A stretch of DNA of 64,000 bases, from assembly GCF_009914755.1 (NCBI RefSeq), contig NC_060931.1; one strand, given 5' to 3'. The position numbers were made by a program, and so were the translations under genes. This DNA comes from the human T2T-CHM13v2.0 reference genome, Homo sapiens. The notes below the pieces were generated by a model. That model saw only the letters and a program-made list of their open reading frames with translations, made no database searches and had not been told where the DNA came from. Shown one piece after another: positions 30,731 to 46,136 of the stretch (its first letter is position 1; the number at the start of each line of letters is the position of its first letter).

Positions 30731-31393
30731 AGGTGAGACATGCTTGAAGGCCCTGAGGCAAGAAGAAACTTGGTTTGTTCTAAGTTTCTGAAAGAAAATC
30801 AGAGTGACTGGAAAACAGAGGACTTAATGCAGACATTGTAGGGCCTACAGACCATACTAAAGGTTTTGGCCTTTATCCTAAGAGCAATGACTGGTGTTAG
30901 GTATCAGAGTTATATTCATATGTTTTATTTTTTATAATGAAAATCACTCAGGTTGTACTGTAGAGATTAGAAGAATACAAGAATAGGTGAAAGCAATATA
31001 AATGGAGGAAATGAAGTGACTGGAAAGAAATATAGGGTATACAATTGAAATAACTTGATGAAGAAATTGATATTAGGCAAAAATGAGAGGAAGATATTAA
31101 GAGTGTGTCCAAAGTGTTTGAGTTTCTGCAACTTTGGATTTAGATTTTTTTTTAATTAAAACATTTGTTTCTATTAGATTGCAAAAAAAAAAAAAAAACC
31201 CTTTCCTCTTGGTATCTTTCTCATATTATAGAAACTTGACCAATTGTTTTTTTTTCTTGTTTAAAAGATTTATTTACCTACTATAGTGCTAAATTTTTCC
31301 CATTTAGCTTCAGTTTCGTCTGGAGTCCGAGGGACATAAAATTAGGTAAGCTTTGATTAATAAGGTAAAATGAGCTTTAATACTCTGGATCCT

Positions 31394-31578
31394 GTCCAGG
31401 TGCAGTGGCTCATGCTCCTGTAATCCGAAAACTTTGGGAGGCTGAGGTGAGGTGAGATGGTTTGTGTGGAGGGTAGGGGAGTGGAGTAATCCCTTGAGCC
31501 CAGGAGTTTGAGACCAGCTTGGGGAAAATAGTTACATAGTGAGACCCCATCTTTATATAAAAGAAAGAAAAATAATAA
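31394..31578 (+). mobile_element. FLAM / Alu left monomer with internal insertion
   Basis: Monomer with TTGAGCCCAGGAGTTTGAGACCAGC; TSD-like ACTCTGGATCCT / ACTGTAGATCCT. Confidence 0.85.
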
Positions 31579-33189
31579 CACTGTAGATCCTGCTAAGAAA
31601 TCCAGGATATGAATTATATTTATATTTCTGTTATTTATTTCTCTTCTATTATCTTATATATTTTCTAAGTCAAGAGTTGCCAACATATGGTCATTTGGCA
31701 GATAAAATACATATTCAAGAAATAAAGAAATCATTATGAAAATCTATAGCAAAAATGAGATGATTGATCTTTTCCTTTTATTCTTTCAATATTGTGTGTT
31801 TAGTCCGTAATTTTTAATATACTCATGACACTGATAGATTGTATTACTAGCACATATTAACTGGAGGCCAGAAATTGTTCAGTAGCTATTTAAAAATTTT
31901 AGCTGAGACAGAAGGAGTTTTACCCGAAACTCTCACTAGAGAATATCTGTCACAGGATGAAGCACTCACGACAATGAAGGATACTTAAGCAAAATTTATT
32001 GCTTCCAGATTGTTAGTCAGTTTCATGTCAGTGATGCAATATTGTTCAAATGTTCCAGTTTAACATTTTAACAAGAAAGTTTGGAGCTGAAATAACCCTT
32101 TAACTACACCACTGAAAATGTTCTCAGGAAATCATCAGAGACGTTTTGAGATAAAAAGGCAGGCTATGCTATAATAGAAAGTAGAATAAGTTAAATAACA
32201 TCTCTAGTGTGATTTTTTTCTGCAATTTGATGTGAGGAACAAAACTCTAACCATAGCCCTCATCTGAATCATAGTGAATTAAATGAAAATGTCTTAAAAG
32301 TAAGATATCTCATTAGACTATATCTTGCTTTATGGTAAACAAAGAAGGAAAAAGGATAAATGGACCTTTTCTTCCTAACACAGTGACCTAACTTTCCAAT
32401 CCAGATGACTGTTTGGCCAGATTCTGGACTATCTGGATTTTTATAAATGAAGCTCAATTTTTTTAAACTGCAGAACAAATATTAAAATCAAATAGCTGCC
32501 CACTAATAAAACACTCTAGACAAGAAGCCTGCTAATATAAGACTGCAACAACTGTCTCATTTAAGGTTAGGATTTACAGAACATTGTTCAGATAGTAAAG
32601 GTAGGAAACAAACACCCTCTCTCTGTCAGACACAGGAGTAAGAGGAAGCAACTTCCTGGGCTTTTTACCCAATTATTGTCAAGAATGAAAGTTAGTTACT
32701 TCCCTAATTATAAACATACTTTGTGTTTTGTTATTTGTGAGCTGAAGACACTATTTTTAAAAAATTAATTTCAATTTAATTTCACAAATGTTTGCTGAAC
32801 ACCTGCTACACGGCCTGCACAATTCTAGGCACTGAGGATACAGCAGAAAACAAAACAGACTTTTAAAAAATCTTGCACATGCATAACACTTTTAACATTT
32901 TCAAAGAACTTCTATGGCCATTACTTTATTATTATTTTTTTACAATACTCTTGTAAAGAAAGCACAGAGAGATTAAAATGATTTGTCAAGGTTTAGATCA
33001 TTAGTTCATAGACACTATCTTAATTCCAGACCTATAACTTTCTTCTGAGTTACAGACCTGTTCTTCATTCATCAACTGATTAGTTTTACTTGGGTGTCTG
33101 AATATAGCTAATTATCTCTTGTATTAGTAGCAATGTGGTGCAGAAGTTGTACCTATATTGCCAGCGCTCAAATCCTTTCTGCCACTTAG

Positions 33190-33630
33190 GTGGCTGAATA
33201 ATACAGCACCCTAAAACTTAGTGTAATAAAGAACAATCAACTGTGTATTCTCTCTCGCTTGTTTGTGGTTACAAGGCCAGGCTGTGCTCTAAGTTACAAG
33301 TTGGTTCCAAATCTACTCCACCTGTCTTTCATCTCTTTTGACGAGTAGGCTATCTAGAGCAGGTTCTTCTTTCAGTGATGGCAGAGGCCTAAGGGGAGAA
33401 CCCATTGCTGCATGCATTGTTTCAAGGCTGCCTGTGTCATCTCCACTAACATCCTATTGGACAAAGCAAATCACATGGACAAGCCCAAAGTCTTTCTTAA
33501 TAAAGGGATAGAAAAGTACACTCTGTCCACTAGGAGGCCAAAGCCAGTCACATGACCAAACAAAACATCAGTGGGATGGGGAAGGGAGAGGAAGAGAAAG
33601 TGGATATTTTTGAAGAATAATCTACCATAG
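33190..33630 (-). mobile_element. MLT1 LTR nested in a MIR (MIR halves ~33125-33190 and ~33630-33760)
   Basis: CCCTAAAACTTAGTG, CATCCTATTGGACAAAGCAAATCACATGG; MIR core GCCTCAGTTT..GGTTGTTGTGAG resumes after it. Confidence 0.65.
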
Positions 33631-34664
33631 GTGCCTTAACATTTCTTGCCTCAGTTTATCCCTGTGCAAAACTCTCATAAGGTTGTTGTGAGAATTCAGC
33701 AAAGCATTTAGGATGCTTGGCACATGGTGAATGCTAAGTAAATAGTAGGCATTACTATTTCTATGTATCTCTGCTCATTAAATGGGATCCCCAGCTCCAG
33801 GCCTCTCAAATCCGTGCTGTTTCCTTTCATATCCATCCTCTTTGTCATGGGAAGCGCATTTGTTTGGCCCAAGACAAAATGTTTACACTTTGGTGAGGCT
33901 ACCTCTAGTGACTGTATCGGTAAAATGACTCATCTATAAGGGAAGGTCTATTAGGTAAATCATACACATTTCCCCTTTTATTTAAGGCACATCTCTTCAT
34001 TACGTTTTGTGATCCAGAGATTGCAAGCACTCAAATGTTCAGCTTAATAAAGTAAACATTAATATATGAAATGAATTTCTTTTTTGAAGGAAGACAAAAA
34101 GGATTGTAATAAAGATAACCTAATTCAAATGGCACCACCTTTGTGAAGTGTTCTCTAACTTCCCTAGGAAGTTAACTTCCTTCCTCTTTAATTGCCAATA
34201 TATTTTTTCAAAACCTTTATTACAGCATTGACTAGATTACACATGATGTGATTTTATGCCTTTCTCCCTAAGTGAGAACTTCCAAGAAATAGTTTCTTAT
34301 TTTTGTCTCATTCCTAACACAGCACATGACACAAAGTAGGTGGTCAATAACATTCACTGGCTAGAAATAGGGACAAGACAGAGATGGAACCTAGCAAATA
34401 ATCATTGGATTTCACTTTTTCTCTACTTCTAACAGTGATGCTCACTAAAAGATACAGTTCATTCTTTGTAAATTATGCCTCAATAAATTTGGGTTTTAAA
34501 AAGAGGCTCCCAAAAGGCAAGGGATGAATGCTTTTTACTAATAGAATATGATATTTATAGCAAAATGGATATAAATTATTAATAATATTGCTGAACCCTT
34601 TTTAAAAATGAAGTTTGACTAGTACTAGAAAATTCACATTGTACAGAAGAATTTAGAAGGTAGC

Positions 34665-35940
34665 ATAAAATAGCCTTTTCAACAAATGCTGCTGGAAGAA
34701 CTGGATGCCCATATGACAAATGAACAGCCATCCTCTCACACCACACACAAAAATTAACATAAAATAGATGATAGACCTAAAGCAAAGCTAAATCTGTGGG
34801 ATTTCTAGAAGAAAACATATGAGAAAAATTTTTCTGACCTTGGGTTATGTAAAGATTTCTTAGATAATATGCATGAACAAATGAAACATAAAATAGAAAA
34901 CTGATAAATATCTTTATCAAAATTAAAAATGTTTTTTTCCTAAGAAGACACTATTAAGGAAATAAAAAAGACTTACAGATTGAAAGAAAATATTCATAAC
35001 ACATATATATGACAAAACATTTAGAATATACAATGAACAATTGCAATTCATTAATAACAAGTCAAACTGCCCAACTTAAATATAGGCATATGTATTTAAA
35101 CAGTTATGTCACAAAAGAAGATATATAAATAGCACATATACCCACGAAAAGATGCTCAACGTCATTCACCTTTAGAGGGAATGCTGATTAAAACCATGAG
35201 ATAGTACCGTATATCTATTTAAACTAAAATTTTAACAAGACTAACAATACCAAGTATTGGTGAGAATGGGGGTGCAACTAGAACATACACTCTACCCAAG
35301 GGTATGTAAAATGGCACAATCACTTTGCAAAACTCTTTGGCAGTGTCTTATACAGTTAGACATATAATTACCATATGATCCATCAATTCTCCTAAGTATT
35401 TACCAAAGAAAATGAAACCCAGTGTTCATATACAGACCTGTTTATGAATGCTTAGATCAAAATTATTTGTATTTAACTAAATGTTAGAAGTTATCTAAAT
35501 GTTCATCAATGGATACATTAAAAAAGGGGTATACATATATATGTACAATGGAATGCTATTCAGCAATAAAAAGGAATGGACTACTGATACATGCAACATA
35601 CATGAAAATGTCATGATGAGTGAAAGAAGCTAGAATCAAAAAGTACATCTATATATACATATATATTCTATTTACATAAAATTTTAGAAATTGCAAACTA
35701 GCCTTTTATGACAGAAGGCAGGTCAATGTTTGCTTGGGGCAAGGGGTAGAGGAATAGATTAATTAATAGGGGCCATAAGAAATATTTGGGGGATTATGAA
35801 AACATTCTGTGTCTTGATTTCTAACAGTAGTTTCATAGATGCATGTATTTGTCAAAACTCAGCAAATTGTATAGTTCATATAGGTGCAGTTCACCATTTG
35901 TAAATTATACCCTAAAAAAGTTGACTTATAAAATAAAAAG
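34665..35940 (+). mobile_element. Old L1M (MC/MD/ME-type) ORF2 end and 3' UTR
   Basis: TTTTCAACAAATGCTGCTGG, AAAAGATGCTCAACGTCA, ATGAGTGAAAGAAGC, GTAAATTATACC. Confidence 0.85.
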
Positions 35941-36711
35941 AATAGACATTTTATCAGCTGATAATATTTATTACAAAATAGAAAAAAGCAATATTGCTGA
36001 ACACTTATAAAAATATACTTTATTTAGTGCTTAAAATTAACATTGTACAAAGATGGAGTTAGCAAATATAATTTTTAAAAATAGTCTTACTCTCTGGTCT
36101 CATACAGTTCTTACTCCTTCCTCACCATTCCTTCCCCTATTTCCTTAAGTGAAAGGGTGGACATTGCTTTCCCTTTCTCTTTTCCCTTCTCTTTTTATTT
36201 CCCTCCCCTCCACACATCGAAAACAAAATCTATTATTTTAGGCACTGCTGATTAGATAAAAGGGTTTTATTTTTTAATTTGGGAGAGAATGTTCAGGTAT
36301 AAAGTTAAAATACTAGAAGTAGTACATGTAATCTCATTAAAACAATTGAAGTACTGACAAAAAAATGAATTAAACATTTCACACACAATCTCCAGAATTC
36401 AAAGAAAGTACTCCCAAGGTCATGGTAAAACATAAGTGCTTTCAAGAGCTCATGAAATTCAGACCTAACTTAGTATATCTCTGAGGAGACCATTGCTGGT
36501 TTCCAGTTGCTTTCCCTCACAATTGGTACATTTTAATCGAAAAGTTGATCTTACATTTGTTTTTCTTTCTTTCTTTCCTACTTAGGAAGTTCACAAAGAA
36601 CAGAGCAGAGTTTAAAGGTCTATTTCTAAAATAAACTCAGATTTTTCTGCAGTACAACCAAAAGACACCGTTAACCTTTTTAACAAGACAGTCTCTATGA
36701 ATTCTAGCTAA

Positions 36712-37051
<340 letters not shown>

Positions 37052-37789
37052 TCAAACGACTAATATTAAAGGACCATTGTAAACACAGTCACATGAGATT
37101 CTTTGGAATTGTAATAGAACCTGCATATCTAGAGATTTCAGAAACATTGCCATATATAAATAAATCTTCCTCTGGCACACATGTACCTATACACATGCCT
37201 GCCACACCCATAAATTTTCAAGAGCTGGAATTGGGAAGAAAAAAAATTATGGGACAATACTAAGTAACCATCAATTTTTAATGGCATTTTTACAGGACCA
37301 ATTTAACAGTCCTTTATTTACATTTTTCACCATCCAGTCTTATCCACAATGATATATCATGCATGGAAATATGGGAAAGTTTGCAGCATTTTGAATATAC
37401 AGCAAAACGTTATTAATATTCTTTCCCATCACTATCAACAGCTTATTTGAATTCTAGAGTTAGTGCAATAAGATATCCACATGCTAACACCCTGCAGACA
37501 GCCACCAGTGAATTCAAACAACGGGTCCAAGACTGATGAGAAATATAAAACTTGCTTTCCTGCAAAAAAAAAAAAAAAAAAAAAAGCCTTTGAACAATAT
37601 AAGTACAATCCTGGCATGACTTCTTCTTGTTGATATTGTTAACTTTCAGCTATAAAATTACCTGGAATTTTTCCAAAGCTACCTTAAGTTCACAGCCTTC
37701 CTCCCATAATACAATTGCATTGTTATTTAAAATTTAATATCTAATTACACAGAAAGTTAAATATTTCAGTAGCTAATAGGAACAACAGT

Positions 37790-38065
37790 AATAATGACAG
37801 CTTATGTTAAACACAGAAACATTGTCATCTACGTAAAGGTGAAAATGCGTATTACATGCCAGGCACCCTACTAAGAGATTTACATAATTGTTTTTATTTG
37901 ATTCTTACAAAACCCCCATGGAGTAACTTCTATTAGCTTCAAACTTTACAGATGAAGAAATTGAGACTTGGGAAGATGTTCAGTAAACTTCTTCAAGGTT
38001 ACTCAGCAGCAGAGTTGAAATTTGAATGCAGATATTCAAACTCTGGAATGCAGTCTTTTTACCAC
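37790..38065 (-). mobile_element. MIR
   Basis: TGCCAGGCAC, TTTACAGATGAAGAAATTGAG, CAAGGTTAC. Confidence 0.8.
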
Positions 38066-38581
38066 TATGAATTGCAAATATTTGCAATATATAGAGGGAG
38101 TGAAAGGTAACTGTCTCTGAACTTTAGGTAAAGAATGTCAGAAATGAGGCACATTTTTTAAAAGACTTTAATTTAACCAGGGGTGCAGGAAATTTGTATT
38201 GATGACACCTGTGTCAGATTTTGCGCCACTCACTGAGGTCCAAAATTTCATAAGACTGGCAGTCTACTGTCAAAGATATCATAGGCTAATGAAGGAGAGA
38301 GACAGTTATATAAAAAGTTAAATAAAAAAATGAGTTAAATTTGTACTATAGAGGTATGAAGACAGTACTAGAGAAGCACAGAGGAAGTGAGTATTGAAGC
38401 GCTTTAGCAGAATCCATACTGCTTTCCCAGAGTAGGTGGTATCTGAACTCATCAATGAGTTATTTTCTTGGCAAATCATCTAACAAATGTGACCCAGACA
38501 CCTGTAAAACAAGATATAAGATGCAAAAGATTACATACTAGCAGCAGAGCCTATAGCACTAATATCAAGCTCATAATACTG

Positions 38582-39132
38582 TGTTACAGGAAAGGGGTCC
38601 CAATCCAGACACCAGGAGAGGGTTCCTGGATCTCACACAAGAAAGAATTCAGGGCAAGTCAACAGTGCAAAGCAAAAACAAGTTTATTAAGAAAGTAAAG
38701 GAATAAAGAATGGCTTCTCTCCATAGAGCAGTCCTGAGGGCTGCTGGTTGCCCATTTTTATGGTTATTTCTTGATGATATGGTAAACAAGGGGTGGATTA
38801 TTCATGCCTCCCCTTTTTAGATCATATAGGGTAACTTCCTGATGTTGCCATGGCATTTGTAAACTGTCATGAGGCTGATGGGAGGGTAGCAGTGAGGATG
38901 ACTAGAGGTCACTCTTGTGGCCATCTTGGTTTTGGTGGCATTTAGCTGGCTTCTTTACTGCAACCCATTTTATCAGCAAGGTCTTTATGACCTGTATTTT
39001 GTGCTGACCTCCCATCTCATCCTGTGACTTAGAATGCCTTAACCATCGGGGAATGCAGCCCAGTAGATTTCAGCCTCATTTTACCCAGCCCCTATTCAAG
39101 ATGGAGTTGTTCTGGTTCACATGCCTCTGACA
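38582..39132 (-). mobile_element. MER41A solo LTR (ERV1)
   Basis: Minus strand begins TGTCAGAGGCATGTGAACCAGAACAACTCCATCTTGAATAGGGGCTGGG; ~550 bp; lacks the GAS-containing block. Confidence 0.88.
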
Positions 39133-39850
39133 ATAGCATCTAAATAAATTATTCATAGCCTGAAATTTGTTAATATTTTCCCCTACAGCTTATTTCTGGA
39201 GAGTGAATTGACTAAGTGTTGAATAATAAATAATAAGAAAAAATGCCATTAAAATAAAAGAAATGGAGTAACATTTACATGCATTGGAAATCAAAAGCAT
39301 TTTGAAAGAATAGTGATTTGAAGATCCGAGTGAAAAAAAAAGTATTTGACTCTTGAAAATAGAGACAGTAATTCTGAATTGTTTTTCCTCTAGTGTATAT
39401 TTCTTTAATTTGAAATATCATTCTGTTTTATTAATTTGGCAATAATTTCTAAATAATGTGACATGCAAAGTATACATTCTTATTCACTCTAAAATGCAGC
39501 ATAAATTTTATAATCTCTTCATTTTAACTTAATTTATATTGATTTTATTTTTTAATTTAAGCAAAGCTTTTTAAGGTTTGAATCATTTGTTTTTACTCTC
39601 CCAGCAGCTTGCTTTCTATGAATGACAGTTCTGAATATAGAAGCCCTATGTTAGCCATATACTAATCTAAAAGAGGAAGGACTCAAGAAAACCACTGGAT
39701 ACATCCTTCTGCTTTACATCACTTTCAAGCTCCACTTACATTAGCAAAAGAAAGCATGAAAAATAAATCCATTGTTTTATTGACGGTTTGGAACAAAAGG
39801 AAGGCATTAATGCAAACAAGTGGAAAATTTTTTTTTTAAAGAATGGCATC

Positions 39851-40029
39851 TGACATGGTTTGGCTGTGTCCCCACCCAAATCTCATCTTGAATTGTGCCT
39901 TTTACCTTCTGCTATGATTGTGAGGCCTCCCCAGCCACGTGAAAATGTGAGTTCATTAAACATCTTTCTTTTGTAAATTGCCCAGTCTCAAGTATGTCTT
40001 TATCAGCAGTGTGAAAATGGACTAATACA
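39851..40029 (+). mobile_element. Internally deleted THE1 solo LTR
   Basis: Both termini present, perfect TSD GCATC, only 179 bp. Confidence 0.9.
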
Positions 40030-40189
40030 GCATCTAAGAAATTTTTAATTCTTTTGTCCATTCTCTAACCCATCACTGTAAAACTGTGATTGATCTGGAG
40101 AGCTCTCGAGATTTTATGACCAATAATCCTCATGGCTAAAGTACACTGTTTTATAAGGTGAAGCAAACTGGATCAAGGTCAGTCTGTTC

Positions 40190-41143
<954 letters not shown>

Positions 41144-41290
41144 CTATGCTAAATATTCAACAGAATTTTGAGGAAATTGGTGGGAAAAGGAACTCCCAAG
41201 AAGGCAAAGTGTTAGGTATAGCCAACAGTCTGAATGGCTCCCTCTCTAATCTATATAGAGATGAAAAAGAATCACAATTAATAATATTCT

Positions 41291-41455
41291 TGCCAGGTGT
41301 GGTGGCACATGCCTGTGGTCCCAGTTACTTTGGAGGCTGAGGCAGAAGAATTTCTTGAGCCCAGGAATTCCAGGCTGCAGTGAGCTATGATTGCACTGGT
41401 ACACTCCAGCCTGAACTGCAGAGTGAAATCCCATCTCGACCAATCAATCAATCAA
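41291..41455 (+). mobile_element. FRAM / Alu right monomer
   Basis: Single monomer with (TCAA)n tail. Confidence 0.85.
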
Positions 41456-42110
41456 ATTATTAACCATATGATAAGACATATCTATCATCCTGTTTCCTCT
41501 GCATCTAGGGCTTTATGGGCTCAGATTCAAGTTCCCCTAAACACTCTTCTTGGATTCTACATTAATCTTCTCTCCTATTGGAATTTTCTATAATCACGTG
41601 CAGTATGTCCAATCCATCTCACCATGAGTAAAGGGCTGTTCCTCAAAGGTTTAGTGTACTTTCATGGAACAATTTTATATAAGTTCAGAAACTATTTTGT
41701 CAGGCAAGACAGAGATTATCAAAGGACAGATGTATACCAAGTAAGAAATCCATATACATTGATTTGTAATACATTGATTCATAAGCTATAGAGTTAGTTT
41801 CTAAAATTCCTGGAAAAATTAACTAAAATTCAGTGTCTTCTTAATACTGAAACCTACTTTAGAAATAAAATAAAAAGCAGAAATATTTCAGATATATGTG
41901 GATATCAAACAAATGACATTTTCATCTAGTCGTGTTAAGCTAATGCAATTTTTTCCTACAAATGTTCTTTGTAAGTAAATGAGATATACTGGTTAACCAA
42001 TAGTATATATATTCTCCCTAATAGTAATAGAGGAACACTACTGTATCTTACTTTTCTACTCTCCCCTTTTAAAATTCCCATTTACTATACTGTACTGACT
42101 TCAACATGGT

Positions 42111-42994
42111 TGTATTAGCTTTCTATTGCTACTGTAATAAATTATCACAAACAATGGCTTAAAACAATATAAATTTATTATCTTACAGCTTTGTAGGTCT
42201 GAAGTCCTAAATGTATCTCAATAAGCTAAAATCAAGGTGTCAAGAGGGCTTTATTTCTTTTTGGAAGATCTAGGAAGGGGATCTATTTCCTTAGCTTTTT
42301 TAGCTACCAGAGAATGCCTGTGATTTACAGGCCATCACAGACTTTAAGCGGTGAAGGGGGTCTGTGATGGTTAATACTAAGTGTCAACTTGATTGGATTG
42401 AAGGATGCAATGTATTGATCCTGGGTGTGTCTGTGAGGGTGTTGCCAAAGGAGATTAAAATTTGAGTCAGTGTGCTGGGGTGGGGAAGGTAGACCCACTC
42501 TTAATCTGGTGGGCACAATCTAATCAGCTGCCAGCAAATATAAAGCACTCAGAAAACCCTGAAAAGACAAGACTGGCCTAGCCTCCCAGCCTACATCTTT
42601 CTTCTGTGCTGGATGCTTCCTACCTTCAAACATTGGACTCCAAGTTCTTCAGTTTTGAGACTTGGACTGGCTCTCCTTGCTCCTCAAGCTTGCAGACAGC
42701 CTATTGTGGGACCTTGTGATCATTTAAGTTAGTACTTAGTAAACTCCCCTTTGTGTGTATATATATAAAATCTTTCTCACATCAAATCACTCTGACACTC
42801 ACTGTTAAGCTTCCCTCATCCACATTTTATGGCCTTTTTAATTACAGTCGGCCTACCTGGATAATCTAGGATAATATCCTTTAACATCATTTGATTGGCA
42901 ACCTTAATTCCCCTTTATATAACACAACATATGCACAGATTCCAGCAGTTAGCATGTAGACATCTTTAGGAGGCCATTATTTTTCTTACCACGC
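42111..42994 (-). mobile_element. MLT1 LTR containing a nested MLT2 LTR
   Basis: TGTATTAGCTTTCTATTGCT...GCTAAAATCAAGGTGTC; resumes GGATAATCTAGGATAAT...GGCCATTATT. Confidence 0.75.
42363..42768 (+). mobile_element. MLT2A (ERVL) LTR, 3' end missing
   Basis: TGTGATGGTTAATACT..GTGTCAACTTGATTGGATTGAAGGATGCAA start; ends in TG/TA repeat. Confidence 0.88.
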
Positions 42995-44124
42995 AGTGAA
43001 TTAATAATAATAATTTATAAATACATATAAATAAATAATTATATATACATTTAATCCTTAGAAGTTAGTAGCTTGCCCAAGGTCACATAGGTAGCTGAAT
43101 AGTGAGCTAAGATGTGAAGACTATACTCTTATTCCAAACTATATGTTACTAACTCATAGAATACTTTCCTCCTCACTTTGGGGGCTATGCTTTTCTCCTT
43201 CCTGTCCACTATTTCCTTACTTCTTACTTCTGGGGTTCATTCTGATGCCTTCATCATTGTCTGTGTTTTGCAATGAGCTCCCCAAAGGGCACTTGACCAC
43301 AGGACAGTTTTCCACTGGTTTTCTGTTATTCAAGTTCTCTTTACCACATATTTTGTTCTGTCTGTTATAAACATCTATAACTGTCCTTCCACTTATAACT
43401 ATCCTTTTTCTGTTTGGGTGAGTTTATTACATTCATTTTTATTTTTATTTATTGTAAATCAGAGAATAAGTGTTAATGTATGGATTTTACCTTCCCTCAT
43501 AGCTTTTTATTAAGATATTGAGTTCTTGCTATTTGTTATATAATTCTTTTTAAAAGCACTTAATAGACAATTCTTTCTCTGTAATATTCTTATTTCAACA
43601 TAGTATTATTTTTCGAGCTGTACTTTTATTTTCACCTTATTTCTTATATTACTTTTTGAATATATAACTCATTAAAAATTTTTTAGTATTTTGCCTAATT
43701 GTATTCCATTTAATATTATAATGTTCAAAGTTCTTGGCCATGGTGTTCAATGTATGAGAACTATTGACTGCAACAGAGAAGAACACATAATAAATTCATT
43801 AGATTTCTACTTTTTTTTTTTTTACTATAAAAGCTATGCGATTTTTACTATTTTATTTCCGAATATGGTATCCTTATTGATTGTTACTAGTTTTCTTGAG
43901 GAAATATTACATTTGAATTTCCACATATTTTCACAAGGAATAGAGGCTTAATTGAAGCTGTAATGTAGTCAAGTAGAGATTCCAGCTTGTTGTGTTACTG
44001 CCTTTCTATGTGTATCTGGAGTCAGAGTCTAGCCCTGCTGTTGCCTGAACAGTGCTTTTGTTCATATTAGGAGAAAGCCTCCTTTTCCTCAAGTACACGT
44101 ACGGCTCCCTGACAATGATAGTAA

Positions 44125-44554
44125 TGTTGCAGAATTCCTGCCCCTTAGTTCAGCTAAATCTGGGTTCCTGTGTCACGACCAGAAAAATTGGGCACGCAGA
44201 CACATTGAAGGGTATGGGGAACGGAATTTATTGGGTGAAAGGAAAAAAGGAAAAATAATTCTCAGCAAAGAGAGAGAGAGTCCTGCTAGGAGGTTTCCCG
44301 CCTCACCGATTGAATTGCAGGTCACCACCCTGGAACTGAAGAGGCCAGGCTCCTCCCCGCTGCAAAAGGCGCGAACTTCCCGAAGCTCCACCCCGTCTTC
44401 CCAGCGAACAGGTGGGCACTGTTCAGAGAGAATCGGTCAGGAAAGGGGGCGGGCTTCATCCAGGACCAGCAGTCCAGTTTTTCAGCCTTCAGGCTGTTTT
44501 AGGCTTGAAAGCGGAATTTCGCCACGGACCTTTGACTGTCTCCTGTCTCTATCA
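44125..44554 (-). mobile_element. MER61-like ERV1 solo LTR
   Basis: TG...CA ends, 4-bp TSD GTAA; core GGGGTGGAGCTTCGGGAAGTTCGCGCC. Confidence 0.8.
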
Positions 44555-45259
44555 GTAATAAATACACAAGTCCAGGAGAACTGTGAATATGAACGGCATC
44601 CCCTTAGAGCTGTACATAACCAACCACCTGCCCTGGTCCTAAGAAAGACCATAACATACTCCACTTTATTTCACTAACTTCTTCTGACATTACTCAGCCA
44701 GCACGGAAACAAGCTTAAGTAATCAGACATAATTATTTTAATTATTTGCAACTGAGCCCCAGGTATACTAAGATAACATTAAAAAAAATTGATCTTTTAG
44801 TTTCCATGGCACCTTAGGTATTAATGAATGTCAGTGAACCTTACTATTTATCAGAATTCAATTTAACCCCCAATTTTTCTTCCTGTTTTGATGATTACAT
44901 GCAGCATTCCAACACTTTAGAATATGAGATGAAATGACATTTTAACTGCTAAATTATAGTTACTTAAATCACAAATTGTATTATACTTCTTGAATAAATC
45001 ACCATCCTTATGATGTAATAGTATGAAGATCATATTTTAATTGTAATAGCTACATTTTCTATGTATAATTTGCTTGATTAGCACTGAAAAGGGTAAGACA
45101 AAATAGACAAGGCTACTATTAAAAGTTCTTACAATTGAAGCGTAACTAAAATTCAGGTGGGTTTGTTGGAAAGTGGAGACGGGGATACACCTTAAAAAAA
45201 ATTTAATGAGATTTGTGACCTTTTACAGTGAAGCAAAAGGGCACCTTAGTAAGCAACAT

Positions 45260-46136
<877 letters not shown>

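Noticed and set aside
44395-44430. p53 element in the MER61-like LTR
   Set aside because: GAACAGTGCCC is not an RRRCWWGYYY half-site and no second half-site is present.
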